From Pseudidiomarina aestuarii (lineage in GTDB: Bacteria > Pseudomonadota > Gammaproteobacteria > Enterobacterales > Alteromonadaceae), in the NCBI RefSeq assembly GCF_048263735.1, contig NZ_JBLXDX010000007.1:5146-69145 (forward strand): a stretch of 64,000 nt of DNA, in the 5' to 3' direction. Of this stretch, positions 20,119 to 29,014 are shown one piece after another. Position numbers and translations under genes: made by a program. Below the pieces are notes generated by a model, which saw only the letters and a list, made by a program, of their open reading frames with translations, searched no databases and was not told where the DNA came from. Position 1 is the first letter of the stretch. Every line of letters starts with the position of its first letter.

Positions 20119-22388
20119 TGGCAGGCACCCGCAATCGCATCATGAAGTATCTATTTGTCACTGGGCTGAAGTTAAGTCTGGTTGGCACTGCGCTGTTGGG
20201 TATTTATCTGATCTATCTCGATAGCTCCTTGACCGAGCGCTTTCAGCAGAACCGCTATCAAGCGCCGGCACTGATTTATGGCCGAAGCTTACAGCTCGAG
20301 CCCGGTTTACCGTTGACCCTCGCGCAAGTCGAGCTGGAATTGCAACAACTTCAATACCGCAAAGTGAGTCAGGTAAATGACTCTGGGCAGTACGCGAAAG
20401 GGTCGCAGCGATTGCATATTTATCGTCGTCCATTCGACTTCCCCAGCGGTCCAACCATGGCCGAAGCGGTGCAAATAGACTTCGATACCAATGGCATTCA
20501 ATCGATGAGCCGGTTGCCCGCAAACCTGCCACTGGAAAGCTTTGAACTGGAACCGCCGTTTATTGGGCGCATCGCTGCAGCGAGTGGCGAAGACCGCCTG
20601 TTGGTTGGTCTTGAAGTGGTGCCAAATCTTCTCATCGAAACATTACTGATGATTGAGGATCAAGACTTCTATCATCACGCTGGCGTATCGTTGACCTCAA
20701 TTGGCCGCGCTGCGCTTGCCAATCTCGCTGCTATGAGAACGGTGCAGGGCGGTAGCACGTTGACGCAGCAATTAGTCAAGAATCTCTATCTGACGCGTGA
20801 GCAGACCTTGTGGCGCAAAGCGAATGAAGCGCTGATGGCGCTGATTATTGATTACCGCTTTAGCAAGAATGAAATTCTCGAAACCTACTTGAATGAAGTC
20901 TACTTCGGGCAAGACCGTGGCTCAGCGATTCATGGTGTTGGTTTAGCGAGTCGATTCTATTTTGGTAAACAAGTGCAAGAATTGGATGAAGCTGAAATTG
21001 CGCTGCTGATCGCCATCATCAAAGGGCCAAGTTACTACGATCCGCGTCGTTATCCGGAGCGCGCACAACAACGCCGTGACATGGTGTTGCAGTTGATGTT
21101 CGGACAAAACCTGATCACTCGAGCCACCTATGAAACCGCTGTTGAGCAACCTTTAGTGTATGGCAATTCGGGTCGTTTGGTTGCCGATAATGTGCCGCAC
21201 TATTTAGAATTAGTCCGTCACGAACTAGCACAAACTATGCTGCCAACTGACTGGCAACAGCAAGGCTTGCGTATCTTTACCTACCTTGACCCAGTCGCGC
21301 AACGCGCCGCGGAGCAGGCTCTGCAGTCACAGCTCAGCCGAGTCAGCGATGACCCGGACCTCCAAGGCGCGGTGGTCGTCGCGGACGCCAAAAACTATGG
21401 GATTACAGCCGTGGTGGGCGACCGCAATCCACGCCGTGTTGGGTTTAACCGCGCAGTGGCAGCCTTTCGTCCGGTGGGTAGCTTGATTAAGCCCTTCGTG
21501 TACGTGAACGCGCTATCTGGCGACACACCCTATGAACTCGCAAGTATTATCGAGGACACGCCGATTACATTGGCTAATGGTGCCGATCAGCGCTGGTCGC
21601 CCGAGAATTTCGACAAGGAATTTAAAGGCGACATCATGCTTTACGACGCCTTTATTGAGTCTCGCAATGTGCCCGCGGTGCGGCTGGGTATGAGTACGGG
21701 CATTGATCGCCTAGTCGACACCTTACAAGCAGCCGGTGTCGATTCACCGATTCCCGCTTATCCATCACTAACGCTGGGCGCAGTACCACTGGCGCCGGTT
21801 ACCGTCAGTGAAATTTTTGTCACCTTGGCGAATCACGGTCGTCAACAACCACTGCGAACTATCACTGCGGTGACCAATCATGCCGGCCTGGCGCTATATA
21901 GACGTAGCCAGCAACAGCCCGAGCAAGCCTTCAGTGACATTGCAGCCCAGCAGGTGGTATATGGGTTGCGGGGTGTGGTGAATGAGGGCACTGGGCGCGC
22001 GCTAGCGGCTAGCTTCGGCAAAGACCGTTTGGCAGGTAAGAGTGGTACCACTAATGACTATCGCGATAGTTGGTTTGTGGCGTTCGATGCGCGCCAAGTG
22101 GTCACCGTGTGGGTTGGGCGTGATGACAATAAACCGGTGCAACTCACCGGCAGCAGTGGTGCACTACCGGTAGTAGGCGAGGTGTTTGCTCAAACCGGTA
22201 TTCAACCGCTTACAATACAATTGCCCGAAGCATTAACCATACAAAACTATCATCGCGACTTAGGCGTGTTGATACCGCTGGATTGTGCTGAAGGACGTTT
22301 GTTGCCGGGTTTAACGCGTGCTGTTCCTGAGCGTCAAACTTGTGCTGGAACCGTGCGTGAAGAGAAATGGTGGGAGCGTTGGTTTTAG
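20118..22388 (+). CDS. mrcB: Penicillin-binding protein 1B
   Basis: TM anchor, UB2H-like region, EDQDFY..GV and GGSTLTQQLVKN (transglycosylase), SLIK / SRN / KSGT (transpeptidase). Confidence 0.93.
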   Translation: MAGTRNRIMKYLFVTGLKLSLVGTALLGIYLIYLDSSLTERFQQNRYQAPALIYGRSLQLEPGLPLTLAQVELELQQLQYRKVSQVNDSGQYAKGSQRLHIYRRPFDFPSGPTMAEAVQIDFDTNGIQSMSRLPANLPLESFELEPPFIGRIAAASGEDRLLVGLEVVPNLLIETLLMIEDQDFYHHAGVSLTSIGRAALANLAAMRTVQGGSTLTQQLVKNLYLTREQTLWRKANEALMALIIDYRFSKNEILETYLNEVYFGQDRGSAIHGVGLASRFYFGKQVQELDEAEIALLIAIIKGPSYYDPRRYPERAQQRRDMVLQLMFGQNLITRATYETAVEQPLVYGNSGRLVADNVPHYLELVRHELAQTMLPTDWQQQGLRIFTYLDPVAQRAAEQALQSQLSRVSDDPDLQGAVVVADAKNYGITAVVGDRNPRRVGFNRAVAAFRPVGSLIKPFVYVNALSGDTPYELASIIEDTPITLANGADQRWSPENFDKEFKGDIMLYDAFIESRNVPAVRLGMSTGIDRLVDTLQAAGVDSPIPAYPSLTLGAVPLAPVTVSEIFVTLANHGRQQPLRTITAVTNHAGLALYRRSQQQPEQAFSDIAAQQVVYGLRGVVNEGTGRALAASFGKDRLAGKSGTTNDYRDSWFVAFDARQVVTVWVGRDDNKPVQLTGSSGALPVVGEVFAQTGIQPLTIQLPEALTIQNYHRDLGVLIPLDCAEGRLLPGLTRAVPERQTCAGTVREEKWWERWF

Positions 22389-22416
22389 CTCCCACCGAGT
22401 TTATTTAAAGCGTAGC

Positions 22417-23706
22417 TTATAGCGCTTTTAGCTCTGCAAATGCTTTTTCCGCAGCATCCAATGTCGCTTGAATATCGGCATCACTATGCGCCGCCGACAT
22501 AAAGCCTGCCTCAAACGCTGATGGTGCTAAATACACACCTTGCTTCAACATGCTGTGGTAGAAGTGTTTGAAGTGCTGCATGTTGCATTGCGTAGCTTGC
22601 TGATAGCTGGTAATTGGGCCATCACCACTAAAGAAGAATCCGAACATCGAACCCGCACGGTTGGTCGTAAAAGGAATACCCGCCGCATCGGCGCGCTCCT
22701 GCAAGCCATTAACGAGGCGATCGACGAGGTCATACAAGCCTTCGTACAAGTTTACGTTGTGCAGTTGCGACAACGCCGCAAAACCTGCTGCCATAGCAAC
22801 TGGGTTCCCCGATAAAGTGCCGGCTTGATACACCGGTCCCACTGGAGCGATATAGTCCATGATCTCGCGCTTGCCGCCGAATGCGCCCACTGGCATGCCG
22901 CCACCGATGACTTTACCGAGGGTCGTCAAATCTGGAATGACATTGTAGTACTCTTGCGCACCACCACGAGAGACGCGGAAACCGGTCATCACTTCGTCAA
23001 AGATTAAGACGCTACCGTATTCATCACAAATACTCCGTAGCCCTTCCAAGAAGCCCGGAACCGGTGGAATACAATTCATATTGCCGGCAACAGGCTCCAC
23101 AATAATGGTCGCGATTTGGTCGCCAAGTTCTTCAAATATAGCGCGTACCGATTCGATATCATTAAAGGTCACAGTGAGCGTGTGCTTGGCGAAATCCTCA
23201 GGAATACCAGGAGAGTTGGGTACACCCAGTGTCAGCGCGCCTGAGCCTGCTTTAACCAACAACGCATCAGCATGGCCATGATAGCAACCCTCAAACTTCA
23301 GAATCTTATCGCGCCCGGTGTATCCACGTGCCAAACGAATGGCTGTCATGGTGGCTTCGGTACCGCTATTCACCATCCGTACTTTTTCGATAGACGGCAC
23401 CAGGCTTTTAATTTTCTCAGCCATAGTGATTTCGGTCGACGTCGGCGTGCCGAAGCTAAGACCGCGATCAACGGCTTTGTGCGTTGCTTCGCGAATAGCT
23501 GCGTGGTTGTGACCCAAAATCATCGGTCCCCATGAGCCCACGTAGTCAATGTAACGGTTGCCGTCAGCATCAAACATGTAAGCGCCATCAGCACTTTCAA
23601 TAAATATGGGTGAGCCACCGACACCGTTAAACGCACGCACAGGTGAGTTCACGCCACCGGGGATAGATAGTTGGGCTTGAGCAAATAATTCTTCGGAACG
23701 AGACAT
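22417..23706 (-). CDS. hemL: Glutamate-1-semialdehyde 2,1-aminomutase
   Basis: [28 protein letters not shown] and GKVIGGGMP motifs. Confidence 0.97.
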   Translation of the reverse strand: MSRSEELFAQAQLSIPGGVNSPVRAFNGVGGSPIFIESADGAYMFDADGNRYIDYVGSWGPMILGHNHAAIREATHKAVDRGLSFGTPTSTEITMAEKIKSLVPSIEKVRMVNSGTEATMTAIRLARGYTGRDKILKFEGCYHGHADALLVKAGSGALTLGVPNSPGIPEDFAKHTLTVTFNDIESVRAIFEELGDQIATIIVEPVAGNMNCIPPVPGFLEGLRSICDEYGSVLIFDEVMTGFRVSRGGAQEYYNVIPDLTTLGKVIGGGMPVGAFGGKREIMDYIAPVGPVYQAGTLSGNPVAMAAGFAALSQLHNVNLYEGLYDLVDRLVNGLQERADAAGIPFTTNRAGSMFGFFFSGDGPITSYQQATQCNMQHFKHFYHSMLKQGVYLAPSAFEAGFMSAAHSDADIQATLDAAEKAFAELKAL

Positions 23707-23729
23707 CGACTTCCTCTATTTAGTTGGGG

Positions 23730-24743
23730 TCACACGTTGCGTTTGTCGCTGAACCACGGCACTTCCGTTTCATAACGGTCGACAATATCAGCGACGCCAA
23801 GCGTTAACGCAAACAGCGCCATCCGGATCAAGACACCATTGTCAGCCTGACGGAATATGGCGAGATTCGGGTTTTGGTTCAAATCATTATCCAATTCATT
23901 TGCCTCAGCGCGAGAATCACGTGGCAATGGATGCATGATGACCGTGTTCGGTTTGTAATGTTTGGTATAAATTTCGCTATTCAGTCTGAACTTGCCACGA
24001 TACATGTCGGCTTCTTGTGGCGTCGTAAAACGCTCTTGCTGAATGCGAGTTTGATAAATAATGTCCGCATCAGAACTGCCATTCATCTGGTCGGTTACTG
24101 TGACCTGATGGCCAGCTTGCGCTAACACCTCTAACACACTGTCCGGCATCGCGAGTTCGCGTGGCGAAATCAGTGTGAATCGGACTTTATTGTACATTGC
24201 CAGTAAACGAGACAATGAATGCACGGTACGGCCAAACTTGAGGTCCCCCATCATGCAAATATGCATGCCATCAACGTCATGGCCATGATAGGCGAGTTCC
24301 TTTTTGATGGTGTAGAGGTCGAGTAAGGCTTGCGTGGGGTGCTCGTTCGCACCATCACCACCATTCAACACCGGCACCCGTGAACCTTGCGCAAACTCGG
24401 CAACGGAGCCTGATTTCGGGTGCCGCATGGCAATCACATCACTGTAGCTACTGAGCACCCGTGCTGTGTCGTAGAGTGACTCCCCTTTGGTGAGAGCTGA
24501 GCTTTCCATGCCAGTGGTTTCGCGAACTTCACCACCCAATAAATTGAAAGCGGTGCCAAAACTGACGCGCGTTCGAGTAGAAGGTTCAAAGAACAAATTA
24601 CCTAGAATGGCACCATCAAGGACGCGTGTCCGCTTCTGTCGGCGAGCATAGGGCAACATGCGATCGGCAGTGGCAAAAATCTCAGCAATACTATCGCGGT
24701 CAAACTGCTCAACCGAGAGGATATTCGCACCAGTAAAATTCAT
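23730..24743 (-). CDS. pyrB: Aspartate carbamoyltransferase, catalytic chain
   Basis: FFEPSTRT, HPTQALLD and HPLPR motifs; no pyrI adjacent. Confidence 0.95.
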   Translation of the reverse strand: MNFTGANILSVEQFDRDSIAEIFATADRMLPYARRQKRTRVLDGAILGNLFFEPSTRTRVSFGTAFNLLGGEVRETTGMESSALTKGESLYDTARVLSSYSDVIAMRHPKSGSVAEFAQGSRVPVLNGGDGANEHPTQALLDLYTIKKELAYHGHDVDGMHICMMGDLKFGRTVHSLSRLLAMYNKVRFTLISPRELAMPDSVLEVLAQAGHQVTVTDQMNGSSDADIIYQTRIQQERFTTPQEADMYRGKFRLNSEIYTKHYKPNTVIMHPLPRDSRAEANELDNDLNQNPNLAIFRQADNGVLIRMALFALTLGVADIVDRYETEVPWFSDKRNV

Positions 24744-24770
24744 GAGAGAGGCCTTACAGTGAGTGAAACA

Positions 24771-24789
24771 CTGGAGCGCCATTTTAGCA
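24771..24789 (-). promoter_or_regulatory. Extended -10 promoter for pyrB with GC-rich discriminator
   Basis: Minus strand TG-C-TAAAAT (24789-24781) followed by GGCGC-TCCAG. Confidence 0.55.
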
Positions 24790-24804
24790 GATTCTACAGC
24801 GCGC

Positions 24805-25233
24805 TTAAAACGGTTTGAGCACCGCGAGTAAAATGATTGCGAATAGCGCTAACACGGGCACCTCATTGAATACCCGATAGAATTTATGGCTGCGGCGATT
24901 GCGGTTATGCTTGAAGTCAGCCAATAGTTTAAAACAGTAGGCATGATAAGCGTAGAGTCCCGCGACCAGCACTAACTTGACTTGCATCCAACCGCTAGCT
25001 TGCAGCCACGCCATGCCGTAGGCGTGAATCAATAGCAACCCAAATACCAACGTCAGAATGGCAAAAGGTGTCACAAAATAGAGTAGTCGCCGCTCCATAA
25101 CTTTAAGCTGAGCGTCAACGTCATTAGACTCGGTTTGTGCGTGATACACGAACAGACGCGGCAGATAAAATATACCGGCAAACCAAGCCACCATGAAAAT
25201 GAGGTGTAAGGCTTTGAACCATAAGATTGCCAT
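24805..25233 (-). CDS. hemJ: Protoporphyrinogen IX oxidase HemJ (CopD-family membrane protein)
   Basis: WFKALHLIFMVAWFAGIFYLPRLFVYH, MERRL and RVFNEVP motifs. Confidence 0.9.
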   Translation of the reverse strand: MAILWFKALHLIFMVAWFAGIFYLPRLFVYHAQTESNDVDAQLKVMERRLLYFVTPFAILTLVFGLLLIHAYGMAWLQASGWMQVKLVLVAGLYAYHAYCFKLLADFKHNRNRRSHKFYRVFNEVPVLALFAIILLAVLKPF

Positions 25234-25293
25234 TCGTGTCGAATCCCATTAAGTTACGCAGCAAGCTAGCAGTGTAAGGGAAGCGAATTCACA

Positions 25294-26067
25294 ATGAAAG
25301 CAAGCCGTAAAATTCCAGATTTGGCCACGCTCACGCGGCGCATGCAGTGGGTTGTGATTGCCGGTACCTTGGCTATCGGTGCGCTGGTAGGCTACCTCGC
25401 CGGGAACTGGCATGTCTTTGTGTTGCAGGACCAAGTGGCGCAGCTCGAAACGCAAGTGGATAGTCTGTATGAACGTGCCGAAGTGTTCGACTACCAACAA
25501 CACATGGCGAGTGTCGAATTAGGTATTGAAAAAGCGGCAACGCAAAGCCTGCAGCAAGAATTGCTCTCAGCGCAGGATGAAAACTTTGCGCTGAGGCGCG
25601 AATTGACCTTCTATCAGAAAATTATGGCGCCAGAAATGGAAGCCAGTGGTGTTGTGATTGATTCCTTTGAGCTGCAACCGAATCGTACCGAAGGGCATTA
25701 CCATTTCCGATTAGCCGTGGTGCAAATGGAGCGCCAACGCAGTTTGACCAAAGGCCGCGTATCGATTCGTTTGAGTGGTCGGTCTGAAGCGGGCGATGCG
25801 CAATCGTTTGATTTGCATGCGTTAGCCAATCTCACAGACTCCGAACAGCAATTCAGCATGCGCTATTTTACGGTCCAAGCCGGTGACTTTGTGCTGCCAG
25901 AGAACTTCCTGCCAGAGCGCATTGATGTTGAGGTGACCGTGTCTGGTGGCAGCAATCAACAACTGAGCAAGAGCTTTTATTGGAACCAGTTGTTGAAGCC
26001 TGCTGAGGGCGCACGTGAACTTTCACCACCTGTCAGTGAAGATGAACTCCCAGTGGACAATACTTGA
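25294..26067 (+). CDS. Membrane-anchored coiled-coil protein, DUF6776-like
   Basis: N-terminal TM, coiled coil ending ELTFYQKIMAPE, beta-rich C-terminus with FSMRYF and FVLPENFLPERI; position upstream of erpA. Confidence 0.7.
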   Translation: MKASRKIPDLATLTRRMQWVVIAGTLAIGALVGYLAGNWHVFVLQDQVAQLETQVDSLYERAEVFDYQQHMASVELGIEKAATQSLQQELLSAQDENFALRRELTFYQKIMAPEMEASGVVIDSFELQPNRTEGHYHFRLAVVQMERQRSLTKGRVSIRLSGRSEAGDAQSFDLHALANLTDSEQQFSMRYFTVQAGDFVLPENFLPERIDVEVTVSGGSNQQLSKSFYWNQLLKPAEGARELSPPVSEDELPVDNT

Positions 26068-26084
26068 CCCTTTTACTCAGGTAA
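26060..26084 (+). promoter_or_regulatory. IscR type-1 operator upstream of erpA
   Basis: ATACTTGACCCTTTTACTCAGGTAA matches the type-1 consensus ATASYYGACTRwwwYAGTCRRSTAT at 21/25 and contains a TTGACC -35. Confidence 0.75.
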
Positions 26085-26122
26085 GCGAAAATAGGCACCG
26101 TCACTAAGAGGTACCAAAGATT

Positions 26123-26470
26123 ATGACTGCAGCAGCACAAGCAATGCCCATTCAATTTACTGAAGCGGCAGCGAATAAAGTAAAAACTCTCATTGCCGAT
26201 GAAGAGAACCCTGAATTGAAACTTCGGGTCTACGTCACCGGTGGCGGCTGCTCGGGCTTCCAGTATGGCTTCACGTTTGATGAAAAAGTGAATCCGGGTG
26301 ACACTGAAATTGAAAAAAATGGCGTGATGCTTGTGGTTGATCCTATGAGTCTGCAATACCTTGTTGGCGGTATCGTCAGTTACGAAGAAGGTTTGCAAGG
26401 CGCACGCTTCTTTGTCGATAACCCGAATGCAACCACCACCTGCGGTTGTGGAGCGAGTTTCGCCGTCTAA
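26123..26470 (+). CDS. erpA: Iron-sulfur cluster insertion protein ErpA
   Basis: [21 protein letters not shown] and [14 protein letters not shown] motifs. Confidence 0.96.
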   Translation: MTAAAQAMPIQFTEAAANKVKTLIADEENPELKLRVYVTGGGCSGFQYGFTFDEKVNPGDTEIEKNGVMLVVDPMSLQYLVGGIVSYEEGLQGARFFVDNPNATTTCGCGASFAV

Positions 26471-26511
26471 TCTTCCCGCTCGCAAAGGGTGAGTTCGCGT
26501 ACCAGTTAAGG

Positions 26512-26530
26512 TAAGATGATCATCATCTTA
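26512..26530. promoter_or_regulatory. Perfect 9-1-9 palindrome (candidate operator) upstream of pepQ
   Basis: TAAGATGAT-C-ATCATCTTA, ending 22 nt before the pepQ ATG. Confidence 0.6.
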
Positions 26531-26552
26531 GTCTAGCGATGCGAGGTCATTC

Positions 26553-27866
26553 ATGAGTTCTTACGCACAGCATATTGCGACCGTTCAGGCGCGTTTCGAT
26601 GCGGCACTTGCCGCAAGTGGTTTTGATTCAGCTCTTGTCTATGCTGGCCAACCTCGAGTCGCGTTTCTCGACGACAATCCAGCGCCCTACAAAGTAAACC
26701 CGTTGTTCAAATACTGGGTTCCGGTGATTCAAAGCCCGAAAAGTGCGGTTTACTACGAGCCTGGCTCAAAACCTATCGTATTCTTACATCAGCCGCGTGA
26801 CTTCTGGCATGCCCATGTTGAAGTTCCACATGAAGAATGGCAAAACCATGTCGAATTAGTGGTCGTTGATGCACCAGAAAAAATCGCCAGTTACCTAGGC
26901 AGTAAGCTTGAGCGCGCAGCCTTTTTAGGTGAGAACTTTGCAGAGCCTGTGGCAAGCTGGAAAACAGCAGCTGTGAATCCACAAGCTTTGATCGATCATT
27001 TGCACTTTCACCGGGCTATCAAGACCAGTTGGGAAGTGGAAAACATGCGGCAGGCAAACGTGCTTGCAGCGACCGCTCATAATGCTGCGCGCGATGCTTT
27101 TTTTGCAGGCAAGAGCGAGTTGGAAATTCATGCAGCGTATTTGGCTGCTATCAACTTTCGTGAATCCGAAGTTCCTTACAACAGCATTGTCGCGTTGAAT
27201 GAACATGGTGCGGTGTTGCATTACGACGTTTATCAAACTCAAGCACCGCAAGAATCCCGCTCATTTTTGATTGATGCTGGCGCGCTCTATCGTGGCTACT
27301 GTGCTGACATTACTCGAACTTATGCTCGGACAGACGGTTTTTTTGCTGATCTGATCAACGCTGTTGACCAAGCTCAACAAGATCTCTTGAGCGAAATTAA
27401 ACCGGGTATCAATTACTACCAACTCCATGTGTCACAGCACCTCAAGATCGCGCAAATTCTGAGTGACTTTGAATTGGTCAAAGGCAGTGCTGAAAGCATT
27501 TATGAGCAAGGCTATAGCAGCCCATTCTTCCCGCACGGCTTAGGTCATTTTATTGGCTTGCAAGTGCATGATGTGGGTGGCCATCAGCGCAACGATCGCG
27601 GCGATATGTTTGATCGTGATCCGCGCCATCCTTTCTTACGCTTACTCCGCGACGTCGAGGTAGGACAGGTATTCACAATCGAGCCTGGCTTGTATGTGGT
27701 CGACCAATTGCTCGAAGACTTTGCTGGAAATAATGACTTTAACTGGCAGCGAATTGACGAGTTGCGTCCGTATGGTGGCGTGCGTATTGAGGATAGTATT
27801 GTCGTCGGTGAGAACGGTAACAACGAAAATCTTACCCGCGATGCATTCGCTCAAATCGAGTCTTAG
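26553..27866 (+). CDS. pepQ: Xaa-Pro dipeptidase (prolidase, PepQ/OPAA family)
   Basis: FLDD...YKVNPLFKYW, DAGALYRGYCADITRT, PHGLGH.IGLQVHD, TIEPG and GGVRIED motifs. Confidence 0.9.
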   Translation: MSSYAQHIATVQARFDAALAASGFDSALVYAGQPRVAFLDDNPAPYKVNPLFKYWVPVIQSPKSAVYYEPGSKPIVFLHQPRDFWHAHVEVPHEEWQNHVELVVVDAPEKIASYLGSKLERAAFLGENFAEPVASWKTAAVNPQALIDHLHFHRAIKTSWEVENMRQANVLAATAHNAARDAFFAGKSELEIHAAYLAAINFRESEVPYNSIVALNEHGAVLHYDVYQTQAPQESRSFLIDAGALYRGYCADITRTYARTDGFFADLINAVDQAQQDLLSEIKPGINYYQLHVSQHLKIAQILSDFELVKGSAESIYEQGYSSPFFPHGLGHFIGLQVHDVGGHQRNDRGDMFDRDPRHPFLRLLRDVEVGQVFTIEPGLYVVDQLLEDFAGNNDFNWQRIDELRPYGGVRIEDSIVVGENGNNENLTRDAFAQIES

Positions 27867-27891
27867 TCGTTACGGAAAGCATTAGAAAGGA

Positions 27892-29010
27892 TTAGAGTGC
27901 CGAGTAGAGTCCGCCCAGCACCGCGCTGCGGCGGGCTCCGGTTACTGCAGGTAAATTCCCCGGAATCTTTTCCAGATAGGCATGAGCCAACCACGCAAAC
28001 GCAAAGGCTTCGAGGTGTTGCGGGTGCATGCCTAGCTCCGCAATAGATTGCACCTGACTGTCCGTTAGGTGCTGATGCAATGCCTCCACCAAAACCGGAT
28101 TAAAGGCACCGCCTCCGGCAAGGAAGACTTGCTGCGGGCGAGCCGGTAACCAATGGGTCATGGCCTGCGCCACGGTGACCGCTGTCAGCTCCACGAGTGT
28201 CCGTTGTATGTCTGCTGGCGCATAAGTATCGAGATTTGCCACCCGTTGCTGCAACCACCCCAAATGGAAATAATCGCGCCCGGTGCTTTTCGGTGGTGGC
28301 TGTGAGAAAAACGGATCGGCTAGTAACCGTTCTAACACGTCAGCTAGTACAGTTCCTTGCTGAGCAAACGCACCGTCGACGTCGTAGGTTGTCGATGCAT
28401 TCGGATGCTGCGCTTGCCACCAAAAATCGAGCAGTGTGTTGGCAGGGCCAGTATCAAAACCTAAGACGTCGGTCGCTTGACCTGGGAGCCAGGTTAGGTT
28501 GGCAATGCCTCCCAAATTGAGCACCACACGAGCCTCGTTCGGTTGTGCAAACAGTGTGTGATGCACGGCGGGTACTAACGGAGCCCCTTGGCCACCTAAG
28601 GCTATATCTTTGCGTCGAAAATCAGCGACGACATCAATACCTGTTAGTGCGGCTAGTGTATTGGGATCACCAATCTGCACGGTATAGGGTGTCGCGGCTT
28701 CGGGTGCATGACGAATAGTTTGGCCGTGACTACCGATAGCGCGGATGGAATCCATCGCGATATTGTTCTCAGCCAGAAAGGTGAGGACGCAGTCTGCGCA
28801 AAACTCGGCAAATTGGCGGTCAAGCTGTGCCACCAGATGCATCTCATTGGCTTGTGGACGAGTCAATGCGTCCAGTTGAACCGCAAGCTCGGCAGGTAAA
28901 GGAAAGTGTTGGTGAGCAAGTAATTCAGGTCGCGGAACAAACTCAGCAAGAACAATATCAAGGCCATCCATACTGGTGCCTGACATGAGTCCAAGATAAC
29001 GCGCTGTCAT
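27892..29010 (-). CDS. anmK: Anhydro-N-acetylmuramic acid kinase
   Basis: GLMSGTSMDGLD, GSHGQT, GGQGAPLVP, NLGGIAN and DTGPAN motifs. Confidence 0.96.
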   Translation of the reverse strand: MTARYLGLMSGTSMDGLDIVLAEFVPRPELLAHQHFPLPAELAVQLDALTRPQANEMHLVAQLDRQFAEFCADCVLTFLAENNIAMDSIRAIGSHGQTIRHAPEAATPYTVQIGDPNTLAALTGIDVVADFRRKDIALGGQGAPLVPAVHHTLFAQPNEARVVLNLGGIANLTWLPGQATDVLGFDTGPANTLLDFWWQAQHPNASTTYDVDGAFAQQGTVLADVLERLLADPFFSQPPPKSTGRDYFHLGWLQQRVANLDTYAPADIQRTLVELTAVTVAQAMTHWLPARPQQVFLAGGGAFNPVLVEALHQHLTDSQVQSIAELGMHPQHLEAFAFAWLAHAYLEKIPGNLPAVTGARRSAVLGGLYSAL

Positions 29011-29014
29011 CGTC

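Noticed and set aside
24744-24804. pyrL-type leader peptide or attenuator for pyrB
   Set aside because: The gap is only 61 nt and has no terminator hairpin with a U-tract; the upstream ATG at 24782 is in frame with pyrB and overlaps the -10.
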